Source: Paraspadella gotoi (Eukaryota > Animalia > Chaetognatha). Taken from it: a stretch of 64,000 bases of DNA. The position numbers and the translations under genes are program-made. Positions 40,426 through 53,650 of this stretch are shown here, in pieces. The first letter of the stretch is position 1. Every line of letters begins with the position of its first letter. The notes beneath the pieces are model-generated. The model searched no databases. It had not been told where the DNA came from and saw only the letters and a list, made by a program, of their open reading frames with translations. The stretch is taken from positions 17,714,403 through 17,778,402 of the forward strand of contig CM119265.1 of NCBI GenBank assembly GCA_051294375.1, read 5' to 3'.

Positions 40426-43400
40426 ATGGAAGATGATGAGGAGAGAAGGAGAAGGAGGCGGGCAAAGAAGAAACAAACCGAGGAGTCGGAACGGCGGACA
40501 GAGGCCGGGGGAGAAAGAGTTAGAACCGAGGAAGATGACGATGAAAGGAGGAGGAGGCGAAGGGAAAAGAAAAGACAGATGGAAGTAGCAGAAGGTCAAG
40601 AAAAGACAGACATTTCTGGGGAGAAAGTGAAAGTTGACGACGACGAGGAGAGGAGAAGAAGAAAGCGGGAGAAAAAAAGGCAAGCGGAGGAAGGCGAGGC
40701 GCGGGAAAAGTCAGACAACCTTGGCAAGGAAGAAGAGGATGAGGAAGAAAGGAGGAGGAGACGCGAAGAGAGGAGAAGAAGAAAAGAGAGGGAAACGATG
40801 GAGCCAGAGGAAAGAGAAACGGGAGACAACGATGAGGAGAGGCGGCGGCGAAGGAAAGAGAGAAAGGAAAGAAAAACCTTAGAGGTATTGAGTATTAAAA
40901 TGCAATGGTTTTTGTTTTTTTTTTACATTTTTTGTTTTTGTTATTACTTTCAAGACCTTTTTTGGCACAGACGAACGAAAACGAAAACAATAAAATTAAA
41001 AACGCGGATATACGACCAAAGACGGCACGCGATTCCGGTAAGGACACGTACCCAACTGCTACTACAAAGAACAAAAATGGTACAAAGATAGTACATTTTA
41101 ATTTTTACCATTCAGCAAGACATTCCGAATCTCCAAGAAACGACGACGAAAAGGAGGAGGCGAGGAAGAGGAGAGAAGAAGAGGCGAAGAAGAAGAAGGA
41201 AAGAAGAAGAGAGAAGGAACGATTAAAAGAAGAACGGTTAGTCAAACTGGCTACTGGCTACCTGGCTAATGGCTAGTTTAAGAGATAAACATCATCTAGC
41301 CTAAATTTTTCCAGAAAGTCGCAGCGTTCCCCTTCGCCCTTTGCCATGAACTCGAGCGCGGCGACCAGCGCCTCATCCGTCCACCCCAACGCCTCACGGG
41401 CTCGAAACGGCGTCTCACGCCCAACTTCGCCGTTGGTCGATGTCATGAAAACTAATAGGAGCAAGGTGAGGGTGGTTGGCGCTCTTTTCTTTCGTGTCGT
41501 TAATGCATGAATGTTGCTCAAAAATCGACAAAACAAATCCCCTTCACCAAGAATAAAGAGAAACCGTATTTGCACCTATTATTTTCCATTAATTTAAACA
41601 TTCTAAATTACTACTGGTTTTCTTTCGTTTGGAAATAAGAAAATGCAGAGACACAGGGCGAACGAGGAAGATCAGGTAGAAGAGCCTTAACTGTAAATAT
41701 GTTGTGTTAAAAACTCCGTTACTCGGCAAGCTTTTTACCGGGATAGTCAGGAGTCTTGTAGCCGCCAATGGAAAAGCTTTACAAAAAATAGGTAGTTTAC
41801 AATTTGCTTTACGATGTTTCACGCTGCGCACGTTTCTTTCTCACCTACTCTTAGTCTTACCTCACTTACCCTCTTTCGGCAGCAGCAGACCGCGGTTGGC
41901 CGTTCCCTGCGCCAAGGCCCTCGCGAGAACCCTTTCTGGGCGCCACTCCCTATCGAGTCCCCAGCCTCGAGCGTCTCGATCTCGCTCGAAGAAAGAGACA
42001 GCTGGCAACTCTGGTTCGCCGCTAGGCGGCGCTCCAGCATGACCACGGAATATGTAGGAATGGCGCACTGAATCTCTTCCCTTCCCTCTCTTTCTCTCTT
42101 TTTATCTTCATTTTCTGGTTTTGCTTTAATAATTACGTTAATTCCGCTTTTTTCCGTGTTCACCTCACGAGAATTCGATGCGTTTTCTTTTAATTAATTT
42201 AGTTAAACTTTAATGGAACGAAATTCGTACATCTATCGTCTGCATTTTACAGTTGTTTTTTTCTCTGCAGTCGATTCCCGAAGATATTCAAGTGGAAAAG
42301 GAAGACCGGAGACAAAAGCAACGCAATCTCGGCGAAGCAACGGCCGTTGAGAGCGACTACGGCAGCGATTTTGAGGCGAGAGACGCCGCTTTGAACTTGA
42401 ATGAGACGCAAAATTGATAGCTGAGAATAGATTCGGTCTTTGCATACCAGAAGAAAATTGAAACTTAGTAGAAATATTAATTTATTCATAATGAATTACT
42501 TCGAAGACTTCTGACTTCCTCTAAGGTGCAAACATAAAATGAAAAAAAAAATGTATCTATTAGGTTCACATTAGGAGAAGAGACTTCTGTGAAGCAAGTT
42601 ATGTGAACCTGATAGATACAAATTTTTTTTCATTTTATGAAAATTTGCAAATTACTTGTTTCAAAGCTATTTTCTATTTTTCTATTTTAATATTTTAATA
42701 TTTTTATGAAGGATTTAGTATTTAATCTATATTATTTAATCAAAACAGCCCCGATCTAATACTTAAGGGAGTGGTCTTTTCATATAATTGAAACATTCTT
42801 TGAAAATTTTCCACTTCATTGATAGGGAAGCCAGGTACTCTGGGAGTGAATAAACGGGACTGTGAGAGAGTCTTGATTGAAAGCTTGCAGGGACCTGCTA
42901 TGTCATTATCTTGTAAGAGTGATGGAGGCCTTAAACCACCAAAGCCTGTCCAAAAGTGTCCAAAGTCAGGGGCAAGATAGCTTATTTATTAAATGAATGG
43001 ATAATTTTTATATTGGTTGTACAATTTCATTGATATTGCTTTCTTTTTTAAAAATGTTTTATTTATCTTATAATTCAATTTGGGAAGGGGAAGTCAGTGT
43101 TATCTTCTGGAAATAGAGGGAGCATCTATACAACACAAGGTTAGATTACTATCTGTCCTAGTTTGCACCTTAGAGGAAGACAGAAGTCTTCGAAGTACTG
43201 TGCTATTTCATTATGAATAAATTATTATTTCTACTAAGTTTCAATTTTCTTCTGGTATGCAAAGACCGAATCTATTCTCAGCTATCAATTGAATCTAATC
43301 CTACCAGAATCATGACTATAAATATGACTACAATATGACTACAAATATATGAGACGCAAAATATTTACGTTTTTTTAATCGAGTCTTTTTCCAACGATGT

Positions 43401-46400
43401 AGAAAAGCGACGAAGAGGCACCCAGGGGAAGGGCTGTGCCGTCAACCGCCGCTGCTTCGGCCACCGGGCCGACAGAAGCGAAAAGTTTGGTAAATATACT
43501 AGATTGAGGAAGTCAATTGGTTTTCATTTACATATGTATTCGGCGGTTCTGTGGTAAGTTAATGCGATCGTTGTGGTCTTCATTATCGTCGTTGCTTGTC
43601 TCTGTTAAGGTAGCTTCAAATACAGTAGGCATTTTTTAAATTATTTTTTATTTATTTATACAATTATGTTTCTCCACAGGATAACCAAATGGCGGATATT
43701 TTTCGCGCGATGAACGAAGAGAATCAACAATTGGTCGGCAGCAGAACAGATGTAAATTCCGACTTCTAAGACAACCTACTTGTTATATCTAACTTTTTGC
43801 TCTTATAATTCTTTTTAACCTTTTGTTTTCAGTTATCTTATGATCCAGCCTTCGCGCCCTCTGATGGTTCCTCCACGCCTCTCGAGTCTCACCGTTCAGA
43901 TTTGTTGAGCGCTACCCCCGCCAACGACAACGCGGAATGGGTCGACAACGGTGTTAACTTTGGGGACGCCTTCACGGCCGCCTTAGCTTCTATCTCTATG
44001 GTTAAAGCCGCCGAAAGAGGTCATTATTGTACCCTAATAAAATTTGACGGCAGATTGTTCAAGTTTAACGTATTTTCTTCATTTTTCCATCTACAGCCAA
44101 AGACCTAAAGAGACTGGTCAAATTAGATCGCTCTCACTGTGACATTTTCGACTTACCTCCCGCCGAGGAGCATCAAATGTACGTCCGCAACATCTCTGTT
44201 AATGTGGCCCAAAAATTCGTGCAGACAGGCGAGGACAATGTGGACGAGGATTGCCAGACCGAGGAGATAGAGACTCGTTCCGTGTGGACGCAGCACCCGG
44301 CCGAGGGCGTTCACGTATGCGGACTTGACGGGGAATCCATGGGCGTAGATGTTGGTCGACTTGTAGTGCGTAAAGTGACCGAGTCAGGCGACGAGAGTGA
44401 CGCAAGATCGTCTTCCGCGCTGGAAGTGCCTGGCGCTTACGATTTGCTGGCTCTCAGTAAATTCCTCGACGCGGCCGGCACTCTTGTCCTCGGACTGGTG
44501 GAGGAAGAATCTCAATTAGCCGACGGAGGATTCGTTACCGGCGAGATCGTAGCCCTTAGCATTTTTGACGTTCAGACGCCGGCGTTGATGGCCGGCGGTC
44601 GCTACGGGGTCGTTGCGGCGTTTCCGGCTGCCCGATCAACGCTCGTAGCGCTCTCTATGGCCGCTCCAACGAAGTCGAAGACTTCGCCGATCAAGGAGTG
44701 TGGCGCAGTTTGCGTTTGGAATCTGAGTAGTCCCGAAAAGTGAGTCTAAGTAGAATTGGTAGGGAGTCAAAATTAAAAACGATTAAATCATACTTCGTTC
44801 ATGAGAAACTATTTTTACCATCCCTGGTTTGTCGCCTTGCACGAAATTTTGTCTTTTGATTTCTGTTTTTCCCTAAATTATCTTTTACTCTCAGACCAAT
44901 TCACACATTGGTGAGCGCCCCCTCGCCCTCAAACGCTCACGACACTGTTATCACGGCCCTTTGTTGGTCACCGGCCGCGTGCACCATCGTCGTCGGAGGC
45001 ACCAAGGATGGCGTCCTTCTTCTTTGGGATCTCCGGGAACCCGAGTATCTCCACAAGGTCGTCGGATACAAGAATGAAAAATGCTTGACGAGGTAAAGCT
45101 CTCTCCACGTAAAATATTTCAGCATTGCTATTTTGTTTAATAATGTGTTGTGCGTGATTTATTGCACAGAACGCCCTCCTACTCGACGGCGGCCAGTTCG
45201 TACGGATTTAATCACGACGCGGCCATCGTCTCCTTGGTTACCGTGTCGCAATTGACGACGCCCCTGTTTGGAATGGCCGCCAAGGAGGCTAACAACGCCG
45301 GTTCATCCTTTCAACTCCTATCCATGGACAGGACAGGACGGATTTTTTTATGGGTAAAAATCAGTAGTCGATATCAAGATTGTCCAATTCAGCGCCTAAA
45401 ATTCCTTGCGATATCCCGGTCACTAGACTGCGTTGGAGGTGAATCCCGACCCTTCCGGCTCAGAAGAACTCCTCGGACTTCGCCCCAACGGCCGAGTCAA
45501 ACTCAACAAGTCCGCCGAGTTCGACACCCACGTTCCCAAACTCGGATACCCCATGGCGATATTTGACCAGTCAGTTAAAAAATAGTTTGTTTGTTTAACG
45601 AGCGAAGTACGATGAGATTACCTTTTCGTCGTTCAGGAGATTTTTGGATGCAGTCCCGGAGAAGTCGGCAAAATCCCCGCCTTCAGGTACAGATTCGCCC
45701 GGTGTCGACTTGGCGGTCGGTGTCGTCGGTCTCTCCAACGCCGTCTCCTTTGGCGTCACGCGACTGGCTGTCGACGTCGGCGACTCCGGGAAGTTCATCA
45801 TCGCCACCGAGTTTGTAAGCCTCTGTCCTTTGTCAATGTTTGTTTGCTTGCTTTCTTTTTGTTGCATTTTTCACATTTTTTCCTAAAACTTCTTTTAAAT
45901 TATATCAATTATCTCGTCAAACAGGGAGTAATATTAAACCGTGACCGCCACACTGGAGCGACACCAGAGCCACCCGCTTACACCGTTTCCGCCCCCGAGA
46001 TTTCATTGACTCCAGCTATTGTGACCTCCGTGAGCCCAAGTCCCTTCGGTCTCGATTTTTTTCTCGCCGGCACAGCCGACGGAAGAATTTTTCTCTTCAA
46101 CAAAGAATTCAGAGTGAGTGCTAACCGATGAACTGTTTTCGTTTTTAATTATTAGAGTTGAACTTAACGCTCTTTCAGCATCCTGTGATTTCGTGGACTC
46201 TCTCGACCTTGTCGTTTCGAGGCAAGAGCGTCGACACCTCGGCCGCCTCCTCAAAGCCCCCGCCGGCCGGGACGGTCATCGACGTACACTGGTCACCTGC
46301 CAGACCCTCTCAGTTTTACGCCTTCCAACAACCCTCGTCCATACTCACGTGGGACCTTTTAAAAACGACCGGTAAGTCGGCTTGATCAGAATACAGATAG

Positions 46401-46769
46401 ATCGTACTGTATGCTTTTCCCAACTTGTTTTATTCAGCGGGACCCATCGATTCTAACTCTCTTGCGGACTCGGCGCCCGACACCGAATTGGGAAATGAGT
46501 TTCGCATCGTCGCTGCAGCTGTGTCGCAACCTTGTCACCATGCCGAGGAAAAGTATTCTGGTGAGAAGCTACTTATAACCTTTTAAATTTATAATTTGAT
46601 ATTATATTATTTAAATTTGATTTATCTTTTCTCATATATTTTTTCAGCGTTTATGGCGGTTTCGTTAAAAATGGGTATCATGCGCGTTTATAAACTCACG
46701 ACGTTAGAGAAGAAAAAACGACTCGAAGAAACGAAACAAACTCGGCTGTTACTAGAAAAAGTTATGTAG
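40426..46769 (+). CDS. DYNC2I1: Cytoplasmic dynein-2 intermediate chain WDR60 (multi-exon)
   Basis: R/E/K-rich N-terminus, DYGSDFE, IFRAMNEEN, diagnostic QTGEDNVDEDCQTEEIETRSVWTQHP, WD40 motifs (CVWNL, GGTKDGVLLLWDLRE, TPSYST, FLAGTADGRI, VHWSPARPSQFY). Stop TAG at 46767-46769. Some N-terminal exon boundaries are uncertain. Confidence 0.92.
42401..43362. mobile_element. Fold-back/MITE-like insertion with ~120-bp inverted repeats in a WDR60 intron
   Basis: Inverted repeats 42412-42533 / 43161-43290, an inner hairpin at about 42533-42639, and a 14-bp flanking direct repeat atgagacgcaaaat (42401-42414, 43349-43362). Internal blocks are related to the calmodulin intron (about 18977-19000 and 19380-19445). 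Confidence 0.8.
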
Positions 46770-47260
46770 AAAGTAGAAATTATTACTTTTTTAGTGACAC
46801 GTTGAATGACTTTCATACATTTCTTTACACAGTGCCTCTAGTCAGTTTCAATACTAAAAAAAAATCATCATCATATTTCTTGTTTGATTTATTTTTTAAC
46901 GCTTAATTACATGAGTAGGTGATAAAACGATATTAAAGTCTTATTATGCAGCGCTACGAATGTACGAAATAGCTTGATAATATTAATATTCATAAGATAC
47001 TATTACGGTATTTGTATATCCGTTATTGACTTTGCTCCCAGTTTCATCATGCTTTCAGCATCTACCTTCAATCAATCAATCAATCATTTTCTCTACTAAT
47101 TTTCTTAATTAATTAAAGCAAGCATATACAGTAAACATAAGTAAGCATAAACAGTAAAAAATTATTCTGAACTGACAAATGACAGATTAACCAAACACTA
47201 AGTCTTTTTTTTTCTGTAGAGGATTCCTCTTATCTTAATAATAAACATTAATCCTCAAAG

Positions 47261-50008
47261 TCAAATGGAATTATTGCTTTCCTCTTTGATCGCTTTTTCC
47301 TTCTTCATAATAAACCTCCTGTCATACCTTAGACCGAAACTTCTGCGGTTCATTCGACTATTCCTTATTTTAAACTCTCTGGACAGTTGCATTTGGGCGT
47401 CTTGTGAACTCCGATTACAGTTCTTTGCGCCATTCGATACCGTAGCGTTATTTTCACATACGTCTTCTAATACGCTCGGCTGCGTTGTGCGTCCAGGCTC
47501 CCTTTGCATAAACGCGTCCGGGGCCCCTTCAGCCTCTCTGCCTTCGCGAGAGGTCGCCGCGGCGATGACAATGGTAGGCGTGACGCGCGATGATCGACAG
47601 ATCGTCCTGGCAGTGAGCCACGCTCTCGCCAAGCGCCGCGCGGTACGCGTCGTCGCCAACGAGAGGAACACGAAGAAACCCTGTAGAGAAGTGAAGGCGA
47701 CGAAAAGGAACTCTACGACGCTATTCTTGCAAAAATAGAGAATAAAGCCGAAGAGCCACTGCGCCCCCACGACGGCTAAAAGCCTGGCCGCCACCAACGC
47801 CACCTCTCGCCTCCTCACGAATCGACGGTCCGTCCGAAGCTTCGCGCAGCGGAGCCGCAAGTAGGTCAGCGCAACCATGGACGCTCCGACCAGGACCAGA
47901 TTAAGGCCGAGACTTACAAAAGTGGGAACGGCGAAGGCGATCATCTGGGCAAAGTCGTCTCCAATCCAGCAATCCTCCGTCGCGCCGTAGCCGACGCTGC
48001 CTGGAAAGACGACCTTATCGAACAGTATGCAGGTTAGAGTTACCGAGCACGGGACGCCCCAGCATACGAGGTGAACCACGGCGTCGAATTTGCGGACGCG
48101 GTCGTTGAGCGTCAGTTCCTGTAGAGTCCCGTGTCGCAACAGCACGTAAAATGATCCAAAGACGTAGGCCGCGACGCAGGTGCTCCAGCAGAAGGAGCAG
48201 AGCAGAAAAAGGTGCAGCGCCATTGCTGCAACAGTACAGGATGATGGAAACTGAGTGCGCGTTAAAAAACACAAGTTGTAACCTAGCAGCGAAAGAACGA
48301 GGAAGAGCTGCAGTCGCATGACGCGTCCCTTCTCGACTCCTTGGATGGCGTAAAAAATAAAGAGGCTCAGGATCAGCGACGCCACTGAAAGACCAAGCCC
48401 GAATTTGGTTAGTATCGATTGAACACTCTCTTCATTGTCGTTCGACGGTGAACTCCTTACGCCGACGAGTTGATTAAGATTGGCACACGGCGCCTCATCC
48501 TCGCTTTCGTTGGCGGCGCTGAAAAACTTGAGCGGAGCAGAATTTCCCGGACACTCGACTTGTTTCCAAACACGAGTTTCGTTTGCGGCCTCTCTGACCG
48601 AGAACTTGCTCCGAACTATGAGGATTGATAAGGAGCCGGAGAATGGGTTTGCGTAACCCCTCTTCCAATCGGGGACGCTTATAGGCAGAGGACGAGGCAC
48701 CTTGACGAAGCATTCGAACGGTCCGTCAGTCTTGTTCAAACACGCCACCGTCGATTCGTCCGCGAAGAGATCCGTCATTACGTCGGAGACGCAAAGACGA
48801 GTTTCTGCGCTCCACTTTGGCTTCGTCTCATCCTCCCTTCCACCGATTACCACGACATCGTCCTCTACTTCCGGACAAGAATTTCTTGCAGATTGCCTGG
48901 CACTTGATAGCAAGCATGGTAACAGCCTGCGGTCTCTTGATTTAACTGAAAAGTCTAAGTATCCGTCAGGCGGAATCAAGGCAGCGATCCGAGCCAGTGC
49001 TCCGCCCCGAGACGCCTGCCAAGCTCCTGAATCGATCTCGACTCCGGTTTCATCATCTAGTGAGACCCTCGCTGACCAGAAGACCAACTTAGGCGTCGGG
49101 AGGCTCGAGTCGACATTGCAATAGAAGCAGAAGACGTTGGCGTAAGTAAAGCCGAATTTACCGTCAGGTGTCATCATCGTGACGGGAAGCTGCAGGAAGA
49201 GATCGTTCGCGGGAAAGCGAAACTCGAATCGATCGCCGGCGGAGCAACGACGACGAACCGTCTCCAATTCCTTCACGTCGCGACGGACGAGTTCGGCCTC
49301 AAATTCCTTGCTGCATCCGACGATTTTGTTGAAGCCAAAAAGACGTAAAACGTGGCTTCTCGTCCAATCTGTTGGAACGAATCTTTGGCAGAGAACCCTA
49401 GCGGAAAAAAAAATACAAACAATAGATGCGAGCTATGATTTTTTTTACCTTTTCAGTTTTCATAGTAAAAAAAAAAATATTTTGATCTCTTATCTTACGT
49501 TTAAAAAATCGTTATCAATAGCCGAAAACTTCATCGAACCCTACCGATTTATTTTTTCATCCTTGCTCGAAGAGGCACGGCAAACTTTCTCGCGATCCCA
49601 ACAACAATCGCTGTTGGCCTCGCAGTTGTCATCGCAATGACATCCCAGTTCAGCGACAACGTCGAACCGGTACTCGTCGCAACGACTCACACAAGAGCCC
49701 CAGAGACTTGGCGATTTTGTTGGCGGTGGGTCGAATCCTCGGCCTAAGGTTGTCCAAATTAGCATCCTTCAATTTTACTTCTTGAAAGATAACTTTCTTT
49801 TCTTTTAAATGTTTCTTTCTTTCTTTTTTTTTAACATTACATATTTGTTAATTCTTTTTTTATATTTTATGTCTGAATATTTTTTTCTGGCTAAATTTTA
49901 CTTTCGCCTTACCAACTCACCAAATTCGTTCAAGCGAAAAGTTGGTGGCAATTGAGCCTTCGCTTCCTCAATAAAAACCAGAAAAACAAGCGACAAGATG
50001 TAAGCCAT
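47261..50008 (-). CDS. Class B (secretin/adhesion/methuselah-like) 7TM receptor with an N-terminal somatomedin-B domain (exons 50008-49921, 49743-49545, 49397-47261)
   Basis: Signal peptide MAYILSLVFLVFIEEAKA, SMB domain GSCVSRC..CHCDDNC..SDCCWD..C, 7tm_2 motifs (GLGLSVASL, CTVAAMALHLFLLCSFCW, CWGVP, GYGATEDCWI, QWLFG, SLQGFFVF). Junctions in frame. Confidence 0.88.
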
Positions 50009-53000
50009 CGTAACGATTATCGTCGAATATTATCGAAAAAAGTGTTGCGAGTTTTTTGGGGTTTTTTCTCTTTTTATTTCGGTCGCCGCCGCGTCAGTCG
50101 TTCAGTCCATCAACGGAAATCGCGACGCGTCGCGTTTCGAGTTCGAAGGAAATTGCGCGCGCGCGTTTCAAGTATCGGAGACGACACGAAAGTTGCAGCT
50201 GCGTCGAATTTAAATGTAGTTTAATGATGAATGTATGCTAAAGAGAGATGGCTAAGGCGCAAGGGTTATAAATGGGAACTTTATATATAGACTAAACTAT
50301 AGAAGTAGACGTAATTTTAGATTACGAGCTTGCGATGAATACTAACTGCGATACTGAAAACAGGGTTCGAATAAAAACCAGGTCGAGTTTTAAAAGTCGC
50401 ATTCATTTTGTTTTATTCATTAAATAGTTTCATGCACGTACTACAGTGAAGATGGCATCGTATATAAAAACACTTAATTCCATATAAAAAAAAACAAACA
50501 AAAACTATACCTTTCGAAAATGAAAAAAAATGTATTGATTTGTTTTTTTTTTAAATTTCAATGTAAAAAAAAATAAAGAGCACATTTTCTAGTACTAATA
50601 TATAAAAGTTTGTTGCTGTACTTATTCTAAATAAGCTTCTAAAATTTATTCAAACAGAACATGGTAATTACAGACAAATAATAAGGCAAGCCAGAATAAT
50701 AATAATTATTATAATATTATTAATTTCTATTACTTGAGATAGATGAAGCAGTATATACTATGTGTAAGTTGCAGTGTGGAAATATTGTTCTAGCAACTGA
50801 ATAAAGCTTTTCTTAATTATTTCTACTGCTATTCATGAATGAGAGCAACATAATAAAAGTTATCTTAATTTTAAGATCGTTATTCTTGCTATCGCGCTTA
50901 TAAAAACATTCATGCATCATCTTTCTCTTTATCGAAATTTCTCTCTTTTTCGCCTGGAATGAAACTCGTTTTGGTAATATTAAACCGTGAGCGCCCCCCT
51001 TAGTGCTGATTGGTATGCTTGTTAATCATTGCCATAATCTGGCAAGTGTAGCATGATACTTAGATTGCAAATTGTGTTGAGTTCAGGAGATCAACAGCTT
51101 TTCATTTGAAGTTGTATTCACATAAAATTAGTAAATAACTGATTTTCACAAAATAACTTGGCTCGAGATGGATGGATTCTATTCTTTCGTTTTTATTATG
51201 AAAATAGTCAGTTCCTTGGAAAAATTATCACGTTCAAAAAAGTTATTCCATTTAGGGTCCAGGTCTAATAGTTTTCTTAAATAGAATTATTTTGAGATGC
51301 AATGATAATATTTAATTTACCTAATTTCATTTTAACATCAACTGGTGTAACAGAGAAATAATAAAAAAATTAGGGATAAGTTGTTTTTTCGTGAATTCTC
51401 ATAGTCCGTTCTTAGCTAATTAATTCATATGTATAAAGTATACATACTTCATAATAATTCTCCCCTCTCTTGTTATATTGTACTATTTTTTTCAGCTTGA
51501 GATACTCGATAAATTTTTCATAGCTTTCCATTTAGGAGTAAGACTATGAGAGTTTTGCCACAGTTCATATGGTGGTTAAGAAGCAAAGCTTGTTTAGACA
51601 GGGTGAAATTAGTGCAGCTGATAGTGCTTTAAATCTAACCAGTTTCCAGATGGATACTACAGCCTCGCTGATTCTAGTAAAACCTTGCTATAAACCAAGC
51701 TTAAAAAAAAAACAACAAAAAAACAAACAAACAAAAAACAAAAAAGTAATTAAATTTAAATTTACGCAATTTCCATCTTCAATAAGGCGTTAGATTTTTA
51801 TAATTAAATTTAATTTAAACATAAGCTGTTGTGCTCAAGTTCGTGGCACTACATTACCATGTTTTAAGAAATCGATAAATTATTAAATTATCCCTATTAA
51901 TATTATATACAGATTTTATTCTTCCAGTATTAAATACAATGGATTTTCATGCTTGAATAATGGTATGTTGATCCTAAGTCGCAAGTCTTAAGATTCTTAA
52001 GCAAAAATCCCGATTCTGACATGAGGCATTTTTATCTCAACATGTACTGCTATTTTTTCATGCAAAAGAAATGCATGATGAAGTAGAACATTATTTTCTT
52101 AAATCGTCCATAGGCAAGGTTTTCTCCTTCATCATAGTAATCATATGAAATGCATGAACCTGGCTTGGCAAAACTGTTTGATCGATCATCTCAAAAGCAA
52201 ATCCAGAACAGGTTTCGCTTTTTAATTTTTTTTCTTTGAAAGCAAGATTTATGGACTTCTCGAAAAAACAATTTTGTTTGAATCATTCTTTTTTTCTGGG
52301 GTGTGGGAGAGGGGAGTGGGAATTTTGCGAAAACTAAATATTCGTCTTGAAATTGTTTAATTAAACAGTAATAGGGACTATTCTCGTATATGACACAGTT
52401 AGTAAAAACACTTAGAAAAGTAACAAGTCTACAATTCTTGCACAAGGGAATCTTCTCCGAGGTAGCCGTTTCACAATCGTATGGTTTTTTATTTTACAGG
52501 AATGTGCAGGGTAAATTAGTGCTTATCTACTTTTAAGGTGTTGGATTTTTGCGAAATTGGAATTGCGCAACTTTTTACCCTTTATATATTTCTTTAGATC
52601 CAACATCTTGGTGACATGGCTAACTACGTTTCCTTATATTTACAAAATAGATTAGGGGTAAAAATAAAGTTTAAACTCATTCTGTCAAACTCGCTCTCGT
52701 CGCCTCATCCCGATCATCCTTTAGCTCACACAAATATGACTCAGGCCCTGTTAACGCCAAGCATTGACAAATGACAAATTTTTGATGTTTACCTAGTAAT
52801 GGGCGAGGCGTGATTCGGTCTCTTCGCCTCGTCGATCAGACTCGAACCCAGCATCGCCAGTTTATTGTTTATCCGTTTCATCGGTTTCATAATTTTTATG
52901 TACAATCAGCCCAATACCTTGCATCTTACAAGTAACGTTATACGGTAAATCCCGTTCCGTATTCATTGGAAGGCAGCGTTGGCTCAGAAGTACAGAGTGA

Positions 53001-53650
53001 CTCATAAATTAAATCGGTTTCTACGAAGCAAAACTGAGTAACAAATAATTTTCCAATGACAAAAGCCAATTTTTAATTATAGTAACTCCCCATAGACCAT
53101 TATAGTAACTTGGCCCAAATTTAAAAAAAAATTATTTACTAAACGATTTTCCTAATTTTTGATAATAGTGATATTACTTTAAAGTTTCAACTCAATCGCT
53201 TTTTATGTTCGGACGCTTAAGTTTTTAGACGCCGCTAATCGCCGGGCTTCGAGGTCATGGAAGAAGAATACGAAGGACATTTGTTGTGACCAGAAAACAT
53301 CGCCGACAGAAGTAGGCGACCCCGTCGGAAAGCCACTGGGCCAATCGACGGAGACGCTTTCCGCCGCGTCTGGACCGACTCCTTTGATTTACGATGTTAT
53401 GTCGTAAGAGAGAGAGAGAGTTTTTCCCAGCTCGTGAGTTTCGTCGTTGTTGTTTTGTCAAAAATTTTTTTTTTTCCGAAATCGTTGGAATCAGCACGGA
53501 ACATTGAATGACGTGAGAAGCCGCGAGGGAGCGGGGGTGTAGCTGTTGCTTCGTTCTCTGGAGATTTTGTTTGTCATTTTACACCTTATATCCTGTTTTA
53601 GTGTCATATATACTTAAACTGTATTCGAATGAATTAAATACATACCTCTT

